From Terriglobia bacterium (GTDB taxonomy: Bacteria; Acidobacteriota; Terriglobia; 20CM-2-55-15): 64,000 bases of DNA. The DNA is taken from positions 352,001 to 416,000 of the forward strand of contig CBDAOY010000007.1 of assembly GCA_965198225.1 (NCBI GenBank), in the 5' to 3' direction. The notes below the pieces were generated by a model. It did no database searches, was not told where the DNA came from, and saw only the letters and a list, made by a program, of their open reading frames with translations. Below, one piece after another: positions 1 through 10,682 of the stretch (the first letter of the stretch is position 1; the number at the start of each line of letters is the position of its first letter). The position numbers and the translations under genes were made by a program.

Positions 1-2482
1 TCACATCCACGACCATCTTTCTGTTCCCCGATGCGAAATAGTAGAGCTGTCGCCCGTCCGGCGACCACAGCGGTGCGTGCCCACTGTCGGTTGAGATGCG
101 GAAGGCCCGCTCTCCGGCCGGGAAAGGCCGAACGTAAACCTCATCGCCGCCGGATTCATTGGAGGTATAAGCCAGCCAGTCGCCGTCTGGAGAGAACGCC
201 GGGTAGGTCTCATCAAACTCCGTATCCAGGAACGGCCGCGGTTCGCTATCGTCCTTAATGGAGAGGGTCATGACATCGAAATTGAGGTTCACGCCAGTTT
301 CCACGAAAGCCAGCACCCCGTCGATGGACCAGGATGCGGGCACCTGGAAAGCAGTGGTCTCAGTCAACCGTTCCATCCGGCCACTGCCGTCCGCGGCCAT
401 CCAGTGCAGGTTGCCCATCCGGCCATCGATGTCCGATGAAAGAACGATCCGAGTTCCATCGGGGCTCCAGACAGGGAACCGGTTCTGACCCTCTGAAGTC
501 AAGCGTGTCTGCACCTCCAGTTCAAGGTCGTAAACCCAGATCTGCGCTTCCCCGCCGGGCCCCTCAGCGTAGGCGATGCGCGATCCGTCAGGCGAGATTC
601 GAGGATAATAACGACGGGCTTGCGCTAACGGTAGTGGGTGGATGTTCTCTCCCGATCGATCCACCCAAAGGAGCTGGCCTACAGCCATCGGGTAGACCCC
701 GCCGTGAACATAGACCAGCCGGCCCTGTTCGGAAACGCTGAAGTGGGCCGCTCCTGTGTTGAAGAGATCGTTGCCGCCACGCTGCGCGTGCATGACACTC
801 TCGACGACCACGACGGGATCTCCGGATACTTCGAGTCGGCCAACATCGAACCGAACCGCCATCAGCGTCCCGTTTCGGGCGAATACGATATGCCCGGAGG
901 CGAGGTACCGGGGGGAGCTCCCTCCTTCAACCACCACGCGCCTTTCCCCGGTGTCGACAGCTTGGGCCACGATGTCCCAGTTGCTGGGGTTCAGTCTTCG
1001 GCTCACGTTGAACAAGACTGCTTGCCCCCCCGGCAGCATGCTCGGGTGGGCGTGCAGGATTTCCCCTTGATCGAGGGTGGTCAGCGGGCGCGGAATCCCG
1101 CCGTTTGCCGAGATCTGAACAAGTCCACTACCACTGGCGAACAGGATAGTGCCGTCTTCTGTCCAGCTGGCGCTCATGTTCATGTAGTCCGGTCCCGGGG
1201 CCGGCCCGATCGTGAGCGGTTCTCCGCCGTCGATCCCTACCCGCATCAGTTGGTTGCCAACAAAGAACCCTATGGATTGTCCGTCGGGTGCGAAGAAGGG
1301 ACTCGTTGCGCCGCTGGTGCCGGGAAGCGGCACGGCTTCCGTCTGATCCAGAGATCGCAGATACAAACGCCTGTCCTGCTCCGTTGTGGCGACATAGACC
1401 ACCTGTTGCCCATCAGGTGAAAGAGCCAGCGCTTGACGGTTCCGTCCGAAGAGACGCTGATCCGTCGAGAGCTCGATAGAAGCGCGCAGGAGCGGTTCCG
1501 GCGTGGGTGAGGGCAGATACCCGACGACTAGACCCGTGATGACGCTTGCCGTCACAACGGCGAGACCGACCGGGATTAGCGACCGTCGCCCTCGAGGCGA
1601 AGCGGTGGTTTCATCCGAACGCGGCGATTCCGACGCCGCCCGCTCGAGCTCGATCCGGACGTCACCGATATCTCTCTGGCGGTTTCGGAGGTTCTTCTCC
1701 ATACAACGTTCGAGAAGGTCGCGAATCCTCGACGGTGTTTCGTCGGGCAACGCATCCCAGTCCGGATCGCGTTCGATGATCCGGGCGATCGTATCGGTTA
1801 CGGTGACACCGGCAAACGGCCGCTCACCGGACAGCATCTGGTAGAGCACGCACCCGAACGCCCACGTGTCGGTCCGCTTGTCGACCTGCTGGCGTCGAGC
1901 CTGTTCCGGGCTCATGTAAGCCGGGGTCCCCACAAAAGACCCCTTTCGCGTTTCAACCGTTTCTGTGAGGGTTGCCGTCTGCGGGGCATCTGACTCGGAC
2001 TCTTCACCCGAAAAGGCTTTCGCCAGCCCGAAATCGAGGACCTTGACCTGTCCTTCATCGGTAATCTTGATGTTGGCCGGCTTCAGGTCGCGATGCATGA
2101 TGCCTTTATCGTGGGCGGCTTCAAGGGCGCCAGCGATCTGAACGCCGATCTGGAGGGACTCCCTAAGCGGCAGAGGACCTCCCGCGAGCAGTTCGGCCAG
2201 GGTGTCGCCCTCGACCAGTTCGAGAACTAGGAAGTGTACCGGGCCCGATTCTTCCAGACCGTAAATGGCTGAGATGTTTGGATGGTTCAGCGCCGCCTGG
2301 GCCCGTGCTTCACGCCGGAATCGGGCCAGTTGCTCGGGTTCCCGTGCGACCGCGTCAGGCAGGACCTTGATCGCGACATCGCGCCGCAGTTTCGTGTCGC
2401 GCGCACACCACACCTCGCCCATTCCGCCCTTGCCGAGAAGGGAGAGGATCTCGTAGCTGCCGAGTCGGGTCCCGGCCTGCAT
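1..2482 (-). CDS. Ser/Thr protein kinase with C-terminal PD40/TolB-like beta-propeller repeats (3' end runs off the window)
   Basis: Manual reading from ATG 2482 gives MQAGTRLGSYEILSPLGKGGMGEVW..VAIKVL..HRDLKPANIKI..VKVLDFGLAKAF..GTPAYMSPEQ, then SPDG-type repeats. Absent from the ORF track because there is no stop codon inside the window. Confidence 0.93.
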   Translation of the reverse strand, partial: MQAGTRLGSYEILSLLGKGGMGEVWCARDTKLRRDVAIKVLPDAVAREPEQLARFRREARAQAALNHPNISAIYGLEESGPVHFLVLELVEGDTLAELLAGGPLPLRESLQIGVQIAGALEAAHDKGIMHRDLKPANIKITDEGQVKVLDFGLAKAFSGEESESDAPQTATLTETVETRKGSFVGTPAYMSPEQARRQQVDKRTDTWAFGCVLYQMLSGERPFAGVTVTDTIARIIERDPDWDALPDETPSRIRDLLERCMEKNLRNRQRDIGDVRIELERAASESPRSDETTASPRGRRSLIPVGLAVVTASVITGLVVGYLPSPTPEPLLRASIELSTDQRLFGRNRQALALSPDGQQVVYVATTEQDRRLYLRSLDQTEAVPLPGTSGATSPFFAPDGQSIGFFVGNQLMRVGIDGGEPLTIGPAPGPDYMNMSASWTEDGTILFASGSGLVQISANGGIPRPLTTLDQGEILHAHPSMLPGGQAVLFNVSRRLNPSNWDIVAQAVDTGERRVVVEGGSSPRYLASGHIVFARNGTLMAVRFDVGRLEVSGDPVVVVESVMHAQRGGNDLFNTGAAHFSVSEQGRLVYVHGGVYPMAVGQLLWVDRSGENIHPLPLAQARRYYPRISPDGSRIAYAEGPGGEAQIWVYDLELEVQTRLTSEGQNRFPVWSPDGTRIVLSSDIDGRMGNLHWMAADGSGRMERLTETTAFQVPASWSIDGVLAFVETGVNLNFDVMTLSIKDDSEPRPFLDTEFDETYPAFSPDGDWLAYTSNESGGDEVYVRPFPAGERAFRISTDSGHAPLWSPDGRQLYYFASGNRKMVVDV

Positions 2483-2729
2483 CGTTCGGTACCTCTGCGA
2501 GACTTAGGATATCTCGGTAAATACTACGAAGGGAGGGTGTTATCGTCAATCAATCAGTCACTTATCCGGGACACCGCGTGCCGCAGAACTCGAAGGCGGC
2601 CGCTGACCGGTCTGGGAAGCTTCTAGCCCTCAAACACCTTCAAAAATCCTGCAAGAGAATGTCGCCGATACCCGTAGACATATTCAACGGCAATGGAGCC
2701 GTGCGATCAGCTTAATCAAGCGAGGCACG

Positions 2730-2909
2730 ATGATTGAACTCAAAGCGAAGGATGACGTATCTCCAGTCTGTCCGAGTTGCTCCGAAACCATCACAGAGAT
2801 CTGGTTCCACGAGATCCGGGGCTTTCTTGGGCGTCGGTATCTCTATTTCTGTCCCCACTGCAGGAAGGTCCTGGGTGTCAGCCACCGCAAGGGTCTCTTC
2901 ATGGGCTGA
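2730..2909 (+). CDS. small (59 aa) zinc-ribbon-like protein with two CxxC motifs
   Basis: GAGG upstream of ATG 2730. Translates as MIELKAKDDVSPVCPSCSETITEIWFHEIRGFLGRRYLYFCPHCRKVLGVSHRKGLFMG*. Below the ORF-track length cutoff. Confidence 0.75.
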   Translation: MIELKAKDDVSPVCPSCSETITEIWFHEIRGFLGRRYLYFCPHCRKVLGVSHRKGLFMG

Positions 2910-3011
2910 GGCTTGCCGCCGACGAGGCGATCGGGGCGTCGGACTGATGAGAGTGCCACTCAAATTCGGCGAATGGTAGCCGTTTGGCATACCCTATGAT
3001 GGAGGGACGCT

Positions 3012-3476
3012 ATGGCTGGCTGGGAATCGAGCAGTGGAGAAACAGATCGCGACGATACGAGCCTCCAAGACGAACTGGAAGAGATATTCGAGAAACGACT
3101 ACGGCGCCGACGGACTATCAGCCTGGTTGCCTTTGGAGTCCTCGGCCTTGTTGGGGTCGTCGTGCTCGCTCCCTACATTCCTCGCCCCAACTTTCGCCCT
3201 CTCAACACGCTGACCATCGGTGAGGAAACCTCAATCGCGTTCACCTCCATGTTGGCGGTCGACGACGAGGCGTTCTCCTACATGACCGAGCTCCAGGCGG
3301 CCGGCGACAACGTCGGACTCAACCTGCTCGAGCGCGAGGGTCGCACTTTCATCCTGGACGGGGGAACTCGCGTCGTTGTTGTTGATCCGAGGTTCACAAC
3401 CGTCATGGTCCGGGCCCTGGAAGGTCGAAACGAGGGGAAAACCGGGTGGGTGCAGTTAGGACGACTGATACCCTAG
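3012..3476 (+). CDS. hypothetical single-pass membrane protein, possible SH3-like C-terminus
   Basis: GGAGG RBS. Basic stretch then a hydrophobic helix (ISLVAFGVLGLVGVVVLA), C-terminal VRALEGRNEGKTGWV. Confidence 0.7.
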   Translation: MAGWESSSGETDRDDTSLQDELEEIFEKRLRRRRTISLVAFGVLGLVGVVVLAPYIPRPNFRPLNTLTIGEETSIAFTSMLAVDDEAFSYMTELQAAGDNVGLNLLEREGRTFILDGGTRVVVVDPRFTTVMVRALEGRNEGKTGWVQLGRLIP

Positions 3477-3514
3477 CACCAGCTCGATTCGCCACACCTC
3501 AGATTGACCCCCGT

Positions 3515-3694
3515 GTAGGTGCGGTCTATGACCGGAACCATTCATCAGCGTCGGGCCCACCGTCCCTCTCCTGACGAAAACTTGAGCGTTCAAGTACCGA
3601 TAGCAGTGCGCGGGTGTATGGAGAAAGACAGCTGGTCCGGTCCCCCCACGCCTCGCTCGAACTGAAAAGATGTGCGCTCATAGAGCGCACCTAC
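3515..3694. repeat. inverted pair of GTAG-type REP units
   Basis: GTAGGTGCGGTCTATGACCG at 3515 and GTGCGCTCATAGAGCGCACCTAC at 3672-3694; same family as the copies at 51.7, 58.0 and 60.4 kb. Confidence 0.8.
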
Positions 3695-3734
3695 ACCCGA
3701 GACTCGACGGTGAGTCACATGGCCAAATGGAGGG

Positions 3735-4742
3735 CTATCGCCTGACGTATCTACTCAGCCTTTGCGCTCCGACTTCGGCGCCATAGACGTTGCCGCCGGC
3801 GTCGACGGCAACGCCGTGCGCGCCCGTCTCGTTGGGATTGTTCGGATCGTACGCCGGATCCGGAATGAAAGCCGCAACCGATCCGTCCACGGTTTTCCCG
3901 ATCCTTATTCCTCTCGGCCATCCGGCGTTCCGTGCCGTGTTCGACTGGTTATCGGACACGTAAATCGTGTCGTCCTGGTCGACAAAAAGTCCGCTCGGCC
4001 GCCCGAACTGTCTCCACTGTGCAAGGAAGTTTCCGTCTTGATCAAAGATCTGGATCCGATTGTTGTCCCGGTCGGCGACAAACACCCGGCCTCTGGAATC
4101 CATGGCGAGGGCATGCGGCACGATGAACTCGCCCGGACCCGCCCCGGTTCCTCCCCAGGCCTTGAGAAATCGTCCGTCGCTTGAGAACTTGACCACGCGG
4201 TTATTGCTGTCAGCCTCATGACCATCCGAGACAAAGATGTCGCCACTCGGTGCGACCACGACATCGGTTGGCCCGTTGAAGTGGTCCGGCCCGTCCCCGG
4301 CGGTTCCCGCCCGCCCCAGCGTCATCAGAAGGTCACCGTCCGGGCTGAACTTGAAGACCTGATGACCTCGTCCACTGTCCCCCCGCCCGTCGGTCACCCA
4401 CACATTTCCGTCGTGATCCACATGGATACCGTGGGGCCATACAAATATCCCACCACCAAAGCTCTTCGAAAGCATGCCGGAGGAATCGAACAGGAGGATC
4501 GGTGAGATGCCGTCACGACCGACGCAACTGTTCTGGCCGCATCTTTCCGCGACCCACACACCACCGTCCGGCCCCACGTCCACTGAACTCATCGCCCCCC
4601 ATGTCCTCCCTTCGGGACTCTGTGTCCAGTTTGGAACGACGCGATACGGATTGTCCTGTTCGTATTCAGCCATTCCGAAGATGCCTGTCACCGCAAAGAC
4701 CGCTGCGAGCTGAGTGAGTCTGGATTGGCCCAAACGCGACAT
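3735..4742 (-). CDS. secreted NHL-repeat protein, peptidyl-alpha-hydroxyglycine lyase (PAL)-like beta-propeller
   Basis: Signal peptide; NHL repeats (FVWPHGIHVDHDGNVWVTD, FNGPTDVVVAPSGDIFVSDG, PHALAMDSRGRVFVADRDNNRIQIFD). Confidence 0.88.
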   Translation of the reverse strand: MSRLGQSRLTQLAAVFAVTGIFGMAEYEQDNPYRVVPNWTQSPEGRTWGAMSSVDVGPDGGVWVAERCGQNSCVGRDGISPILLFDSSGMLSKSFGGGIFVWPHGIHVDHDGNVWVTDGRGDSGRGHQVFKFSPDGDLLMTLGRAGTAGDGPDHFNGPTDVVVAPSGDIFVSDGHEADSNNRVVKFSSDGRFLKAWGGTGAGPGEFIVPHALAMDSRGRVFVADRDNNRIQIFDQDGNFLAQWRQFGRPSGLFVDQDDTIYVSDNQSNTARNAGWPRGIRIGKTVDGSVAAFIPDPAYDPNNPNETGAHGVAVDAGGNVYGAEVGAQRLSRYVRR

Positions 4743-5035
4743 GACAGTCCTTCTCTCCGAATTGGGGTTCGCGGCCTGGCAACCGTCGGGTCCACTCGAG
4801 TTGCGTGCTCGGTTCTATCTTCTGGCGTCTGGCCGAGCGAGTCGCTAGAGCATACGCAAGGCAGGGGTTGGAAGCAATCAAACCCGGGTGAAGCCCTACC
4901 CGGCACCTAGAACGCACCTGGAAATGCTTGCCAGGAACAACCCTCTTCGTCTAGCCTCTGCGGGCGGAAGGCGGCCGCTTGACGATGGGCCGACACGCCG
5001 TTGGCAGTCAATATCCGGCCAGAAAGGAACCGAAC

Positions 5036-6193
5036 ATGGCGCTAAAGGTCTCGGGCAGGGGCGCGATCCCTCCTTTCATTGTAATGGATGTCATGCAGGC
5101 GGCGGCGGAGAGGCAAGCCGAGGGCAAGTCGGTCTACCACCTCGAAGTCGGACAGCCTGGGACGGCGGCCCCGGCGGGGGTGCTCCAGGAAGCGCACCGC
5201 GCGCTCGAAAACCAGCGTCTCGGCTATACCGTTGCCCGCGGCGTACCGAATTTGCGTTCAGTGATTGCCCGGCACTACGAGAGCTATTACGGTGCGACCG
5301 TCGATCCTTCTCGGGTGATCGTGACTACCGGCTCGACCGGAGGATTCGTGCTGTCCTTTCTCGCGGCTTTCGATTCCGGCGACCGGGTCGCGATGGTGGC
5401 TCCCGGATACCCCTGCTACCGACATATCCTGTCGGTTTTCGGTATTGAGCCGGTACTGCTGCAGGTCGAGGCGGAGCATCGGTTCCAGCCCACCCCGGAA
5501 CTGCTGGAGGAGGCGATGCGGCAAGGCGGTCAGGTCGACGGGCTTGTGGTTGCGAGTCCCTCGAATCCGACCGGAACGATGCTCGACTCCGACGCCATGC
5601 GGGATCTCTCAGCGTATTGCCGGAGCAATGGCATCCGCCTGATTTCGGACGAAATCTACCACGGAATAACCTACGACCAAAAGGCGACGACGGCGCTTGC
5701 TTACGGAAACGAAGCCATCGTCATCAATAGCTTCTCCAAGTATTATTCGATGACCGGTTGGCGGCTCGGATGGATAGTCGTTCCCGAGGACATGCTGCGA
5801 GCGATCGAGTGCCTGGCGCAGAACCTGTTCGTATCGCCACCGACGCTGTCGCAGCTGGCGGCTGTGGCTGCCTTCGACTGCATTGACGAGCTGGACCTCA
5901 ACGTGGCTCGCTATGCGGCCAATCGCGCGCTTCTACTCGACAAGCTGCCGAAGGCGGGATTCGAACGTCTCGCACCCGTCGACGGCGCTTTCTACGTTTA
6001 TGCCGACGTCGGGAACATGACCCAGGACAGCATATCTTTCTGCAGCAGAATTCTGAACGAAACGGGGGTCGCACTTACTCCCGGTGTCGATTTCGATCCC
6101 GTGCGGGGTCATCGCTTCATCCGGTTTTCGTTCGCCGAATCCACGGAATCCATCTCTGCAGCCGCGACCGCCTTGATCGACTGGAAGCGCTAG
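5036..6193 (+). CDS. PLP-dependent aminotransferase class I/II (aspartate aminotransferase-like)
   Basis: GQPG, SPSNPTG, LISDEIYHG and SFSKYYSMTGWRLGW (PLP lysine) motifs; AGGA upstream of ATG 5036. Confidence 0.95.
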   Translation: MALKVSGRGAIPPFIVMDVMQAAAERQAEGKSVYHLEVGQPGTAAPAGVLQEAHRALENQRLGYTVARGVPNLRSVIARHYESYYGATVDPSRVIVTTGSTGGFVLSFLAAFDSGDRVAMVAPGYPCYRHILSVFGIEPVLLQVEAEHRFQPTPELLEEAMRQGGQVDGLVVASPSNPTGTMLDSDAMRDLSAYCRSNGIRLISDEIYHGITYDQKATTALAYGNEAIVINSFSKYYSMTGWRLGWIVVPEDMLRAIECLAQNLFVSPPTLSQLAAVAAFDCIDELDLNVARYAANRALLLDKLPKAGFERLAPVDGAFYVYADVGNMTQDSISFCSRILNETGVALTPGVDFDPVRGHRFIRFSFAESTESISAAATALIDWKR

Positions 6194-6290
6194 CCCGACT
6201 TCGTGAGAATCCGCACGGTCACCGACGGGGGCCTGTTATCTCGGGCGAGAGCCACGATACCGGTCGCGCTCGCCCTTTTCAGTGACGCGT

Positions 6291-7790
6291 ATGAAACCTG
6301 AGAAATCGAGCCCTGTCCCGAGGGCCGAAGATCAACCGAAGAAGTGGGCGCTGGTAAACACTCTCGGAGGACCGACGTTCTTTCTCCTGATGTTGGCGCT
6401 GCCGATCTCATCGATCGAGTTTCCCATTCGTGCCGCTCTCGGCCTGATGGTGTGGATGGCGTGGTGGTGGATCAGCACCCCGGTCCATCTGGCGATTACC
6501 GGCTTTCTGCCCCTGGTCACGGCTTCGCTGTTCAACTACGTGCCCACGTCCCTCGTGCTGCCCTCCTACGCCGGTGAGTTGATCATTCTACTGATCGGCT
6601 CCAGCATGCTGACCACGGTCTGGACGCGATGGGGTCTCGACCGGCGCGTCGCGTTGCTCCCGCTCCTGCTGGTAGGCACGAGTGCATCACGTCAGATTGT
6701 CGTCTGGTTCGTCGTCAGTGCCGCCCTGACTGCACTGCTACCGAACACCGTGGTGGCGGCGACGATGATTCCGATCGTGGTGGCAATGCTCCGGGCGATC
6801 GGCATTTCCGATCTATGGAACAACCGCTTCGCCACCGCGCTGGTCCTGGCCGTGGCATGGGGCTCGAGCGCGGGCGCATTTACGACCCCGCTGGGCGGCG
6901 CCATGAACCTGATCACGGTGCAGTTCGTTCAGGATACGGTGACCAGGCAGGAGTTCCTCTTCACGACATGGTTCACGCGGCTGCTTCCGCTGGCCGTCGC
7001 CGTCATGACGGTCTCGCTGCTTTTCATGCGTTTTGTGTTCGGCTCCGGCAATGGCGACATGATTGGTGAGGCCGACTCGCCGAAAGCCGCTGCGGAGGCG
7101 TCGCGTCAGCTTTTCCGGGACCAATGGAGAGCCATCGGCCCGATGTCGGTGCCGGAGAAGTGGGGGCTGTTCCTGTTTATTTCAGCAGCGTTGCTGGCGT
7201 TTACACGCCAGCTCTATGCATCTCTCCTTCCGTCGTTCACACCCGCTTTCGGTTTTCTCACTGTTGGAATCCTCTGTTTCGTGATTCGCCACGATGGCGA
7301 GCCGCTGGTCCGGTGGGGGTATGCCCAGCGAAAGATGATGTGGGGCCTCTTCTATCTGTTTGCGGGCGGCAGCGCGCTGGGCGTTGTTGTCAGCCAGACG
7401 GGCACCGCCAGGTACATCGCCGACCGGCTCATACCGTACGCGGAAGGCGGCGGTTTCATCGCCGTGCTGGTCTTCTCGGCAATGACCATGCTGCTCACAC
7501 AGACGACCAGCGCGGTCGCATCGGTTTCGATCACCGTTCCGGTGACCATCAGTACTTTCCAGGGCCTGGATATGAATCCGATTCCGTTCGTTTACATCGT
7601 AACCGCTGCTGCGAACATGGGATTTATGCTGCCATCCTCTGCCGCGGGCACGGCAGTAGCCGCTGGTTACGGGGTCAATCTGAAAACGATGCTCGCGGCC
7701 GGTTTCTGCCTGGGTGTTCTCGTGTTGGGTGTTCTGGTCCTGGTCGGTTACGCCCTCGCCGTGTTCTGGCCGGGGTTCGGGTTGGCATAG
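6291..7790 (+). CDS. SLC13/DASS family anion permease
   Basis: Many TM helices; PNT..A.MIPI, TPLGGAMN and GFMLPSS hairpin motifs of DASS transporters. Confidence 0.88.
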   Translation: MKPEKSSPVPRAEDQPKKWALVNTLGGPTFFLLMLALPISSIEFPIRAALGLMVWMAWWWISTPVHLAITGFLPLVTASLFNYVPTSLVLPSYAGELIILLIGSSMLTTVWTRWGLDRRVALLPLLLVGTSASRQIVVWFVVSAALTALLPNTVVAATMIPIVVAMLRAIGISDLWNNRFATALVLAVAWGSSAGAFTTPLGGAMNLITVQFVQDTVTRQEFLFTTWFTRLLPLAVAVMTVSLLFMRFVFGSGNGDMIGEADSPKAAAEASRQLFRDQWRAIGPMSVPEKWGLFLFISAALLAFTRQLYASLLPSFTPAFGFLTVGILCFVIRHDGEPLVRWGYAQRKMMWGLFYLFAGGSALGVVVSQTGTARYIADRLIPYAEGGGFIAVLVFSAMTMLLTQTTSAVASVSITVPVTISTFQGLDMNPIPFVYIVTAAANMGFMLPSSAAGTAVAAGYGVNLKTMLAAGFCLGVLVLGVLVLVGYALAVFWPGFGLA

Positions 7791-8073
7791 CTCCCGAACT
7801 TCGGGCAATTGGCGCCACCCGTTCTCCTCGGACAATCCCCGTGCCCGGGTTTCTCGACATGCCCCAGAACCACAACACATTATCGATGGCGAATACCATC
7901 GGCCAATACGACTGCCCGCACGGCGTCGGTCGAAGCGCACATCCACCAGCACAAAACCGCCGGAAGGATTGAACGCCCGGACGTCAACATGGATAGAATC
8001 AGTTTTGGTCTCCGAATGCGCTGGGAGCCGGAGATGCCGTAATTCGTATCACCTGCGTTCAAGGAGCTTTGGA

Positions 8074-10251
8074 ATGGGACTCTCGGTTCGTCCACTTCGG
8101 CTTGTCGTGATTGGATTTGCCCTTATCCTGCTTCACGCGTCGGGAACGCCAGTGCTGGAGGCACAAACATCTTCCCTCCCGTTCCTCGTGAACAATGGTG
8201 GCTCCGATTCGGAGACGACGTCGGGAAGCGCTGATGCGATCTCTGTGGGCTACGGGAGGATGCAACCCGGAACCGGGCGCACGACTCCATCCGGCGTCGC
8301 CATATTCGGTTTTCGTCAGAACAGCATTCTGGTCAGCGAGGCCGGGGTCCCGGCGTCACCGGCCGTTTCGGTCGGGCGCATCCGGGCGGAGGTCGACGGG
8401 CCGGTCACGACGGGGCTGGCGATCGCCAACCCGGGCAGTACCGCTGCGGTGGTGACCTTTTACTTCTCCGATCAGACCCGCAGCGGTTTCGGGAACGGCA
8501 CGACCACGATCCCTGCGGGCGGCCAGATTGCAAAGTTCCTGAACGAGGCCCCGTTCGACGGCGGGTCATCGATCGACGGCACCTTCACGTTCAGCTCCGA
8601 TGTGCCGGTTGCCGCGGTCGCGCTTCGCGGGTTTACGAATGAACGTGGCGAATTCCTCTTGACGACCCTGCCGGTGAGCCCGCTCACCGCGGCGACAGGC
8701 GCCGCGGTCTATTTCCCACATTTTGCCGACGGCGGAGGGTGGACGACCGAGGTCATCCTGGTCAACCCGACCGACAATACAACCAGCGGCACGGTCCAAT
8801 TCTTCGAGCAGGGCACGGCGGGGACGACGGCGCAGCCCCTTTCCCTGACGATCAATGGTCAGACGTCCTCGACGTTCAGCTACACCCTACCCGCTCGGAG
8901 CTCCGCCAGCTTTCCGACGGCCGGCACCGGCGGGACGACCCAGTCGGGCTCGGTCCGCGTGACCCCGTCGGCGAACGCAGCGACACCATCCGGCCTGGCT
9001 GTCTTCTCGTTCAGGAGCGGGACTGTGACGGTGGCACAGGCCGGGGTTCCGGCCGCCTCTACCGGACAGGCATTCCGCCTGCACGTGGAGGCGACCGGCG
9101 CTTCGGAGGGTACGATTCAGACCGGGATCGCAGTCGCGAACCCCTCGAGCACCGACATCACGGTGACGTTCGAACTGCTCACCACCGGCGGCGGATCCAC
9201 CGGGCTGACCGGCTCGGTCTCCGTGCCCGGAAACGGGCAGATCGCGCAGTTCCTGAACCAGATTGACGGCCTGGCATCTCTGACGACACCTTTTGAAGGC
9301 GTGCTGCGCATTTCAACCGCCTCGGCCGGCGGCATCGCGCTGGTGGGCTTGAGAAGCCGGGTGAACGAGCGGGAGGATTTCCTCATCACGACGACGACGC
9401 TGGTCGACGAGTCCGCCGCCGACGTCACCGACGCATTGTACTTCCCACACCTGGTCGACGGCGGTGGCTACACGACCCAGTTCATCCAGCTCAGTGGTTC
9501 GACGACCCAGACGACGATCGGCACGCTTCAGTTCTTTTCCCAGGCCGGTGCGGCGTTGAGCCTGCCGCTGTCGACGCCGGCTTCCAGCCAGGTCACGTGG
9601 CGGGTCGAGGGGACCTGGTTCGCTTCCTCAACGCCGCCGAGCTGCGAAAACCCGCTGGTGTTGCCCGTTCCGGTCTCTCTGTCGAACGCGACGTCGATCC
9701 TCTACCCCGGCCAGGTGCGGGGTAACGACTACAAGCCCCACGGGGGAGTCCGCTTCGACGGTCAGGGCCAGGGTCCTGACCTGGAGATATTCGCGCCGAT
9801 CGACGCCAACCTCCGGAGCGGGGCGCGCTATCTCCAGGGTGGCATCCTGCAGCACTTGTTCGAGCTCGTCAACGAATGCGGAATCATGTACCGGCTCGAC
9901 CATCTTCTGGACCTGTCACCGCGGTTCCAGGAAATCGCCGACACGCTGCCGCAGGGAGGCGAAGGTCAGAGCCAGGGCACGTTCTTTGCACCGGGCATCC
10001 GCGTGCGTGCCGGCGAGCTCATCGCCACGACGATCGGGGTGCCCGGCAACGTTTTCTTCGACTGGGGCGTCTACGACCTTCGGTCGATGAACGCGATCAG
10101 CAATGACGCGGCCTGGCTGGCCGACCACCCCGGCGACCAGGCGCCTTACGGGATCTGCTGGCTGGAATTCGTGTCGCCCACCGACGCTGCCATCGTCAAC
10201 GGCCTGCCGGGTTCCGGGGAGAGCGGGTCGACGAGCGACTACTGCAACTGA
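8074..10251 (+). CDS. secreted modular protein: duplicated acidobacterial beta-sandwich-like module plus C-terminal M23-peptidase-like domain
   Basis: AAGGAG RBS and signal peptide. Internal duplication (TPSGVAIFGFR..TTGLAIANP..YFPHFADGGGWTT / TPSGLAVFSFR..QTGIAVANP..YFPHLVDGGGYTT). C-terminal KPHGGVRFD..IFAPID..YRLDHL..VRAGELI. Confidence 0.8.
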   Translation: MGLSVRPLRLVVIGFALILLHASGTPVLEAQTSSLPFLVNNGGSDSETTSGSADAISVGYGRMQPGTGRTTPSGVAIFGFRQNSILVSEAGVPASPAVSVGRIRAEVDGPVTTGLAIANPGSTAAVVTFYFSDQTRSGFGNGTTTIPAGGQIAKFLNEAPFDGGSSIDGTFTFSSDVPVAAVALRGFTNERGEFLLTTLPVSPLTAATGAAVYFPHFADGGGWTTEVILVNPTDNTTSGTVQFFEQGTAGTTAQPLSLTINGQTSSTFSYTLPARSSASFPTAGTGGTTQSGSVRVTPSANAATPSGLAVFSFRSGTVTVAQAGVPAASTGQAFRLHVEATGASEGTIQTGIAVANPSSTDITVTFELLTTGGGSTGLTGSVSVPGNGQIAQFLNQIDGLASLTTPFEGVLRISTASAGGIALVGLRSRVNEREDFLITTTTLVDESAADVTDALYFPHLVDGGGYTTQFIQLSGSTTQTTIGTLQFFSQAGAALSLPLSTPASSQVTWRVEGTWFASSTPPSCENPLVLPVPVSLSNATSILYPGQVRGNDYKPHGGVRFDGQGQGPDLEIFAPIDANLRSGARYLQGGILQHLFELVNECGIMYRLDHLLDLSPRFQEIADTLPQGGEGQSQGTFFAPGIRVRAGELIATTIGVPGNVFFDWGVYDLRSMNAISNDAAWLADHPGDQAPYGICWLEFVSPTDAAIVNGLPGSGESGSTSDYCN

Positions 10252-10682
10252 GGCGACTCGGGAGCGCTGCCGGTTCTCCGGCCGCTTCGCCTCAGCCTCC
10301 TGAGTCTCTGACGCCGAGCGAACTAAACCGTAACCTTGCGACCGAGAGAGGCGGGAACTTCCAAAGGGGAAGAGGGACTGGGGAGGCTGTCGGCAACTAC
10401 TGATTAAGATGTCCCGCGATCTGTTCGAAGATGTCTTCCACCGTGTGCCGGCTCAAGCGGTTGCCGACCTGAGGTTTCACTCCGTATCCGGCCCCGGTTG
10501 CGTCGGCGAACGACTTCAGGGCTTGCTCCGCGGCGATCGCGGCATCAAAGTCTCCCTGCCTGCTGTTGCGCGTCCCACCGGGGACGGTCCGACCCGCTGA
10601 GCCCGCGTCCCCAGGAAGTGCGCGACCTGCACCACCGTCACGCGAACGCTCCGGAGTGCTACCATCTTCGCGGGAGGAACCG

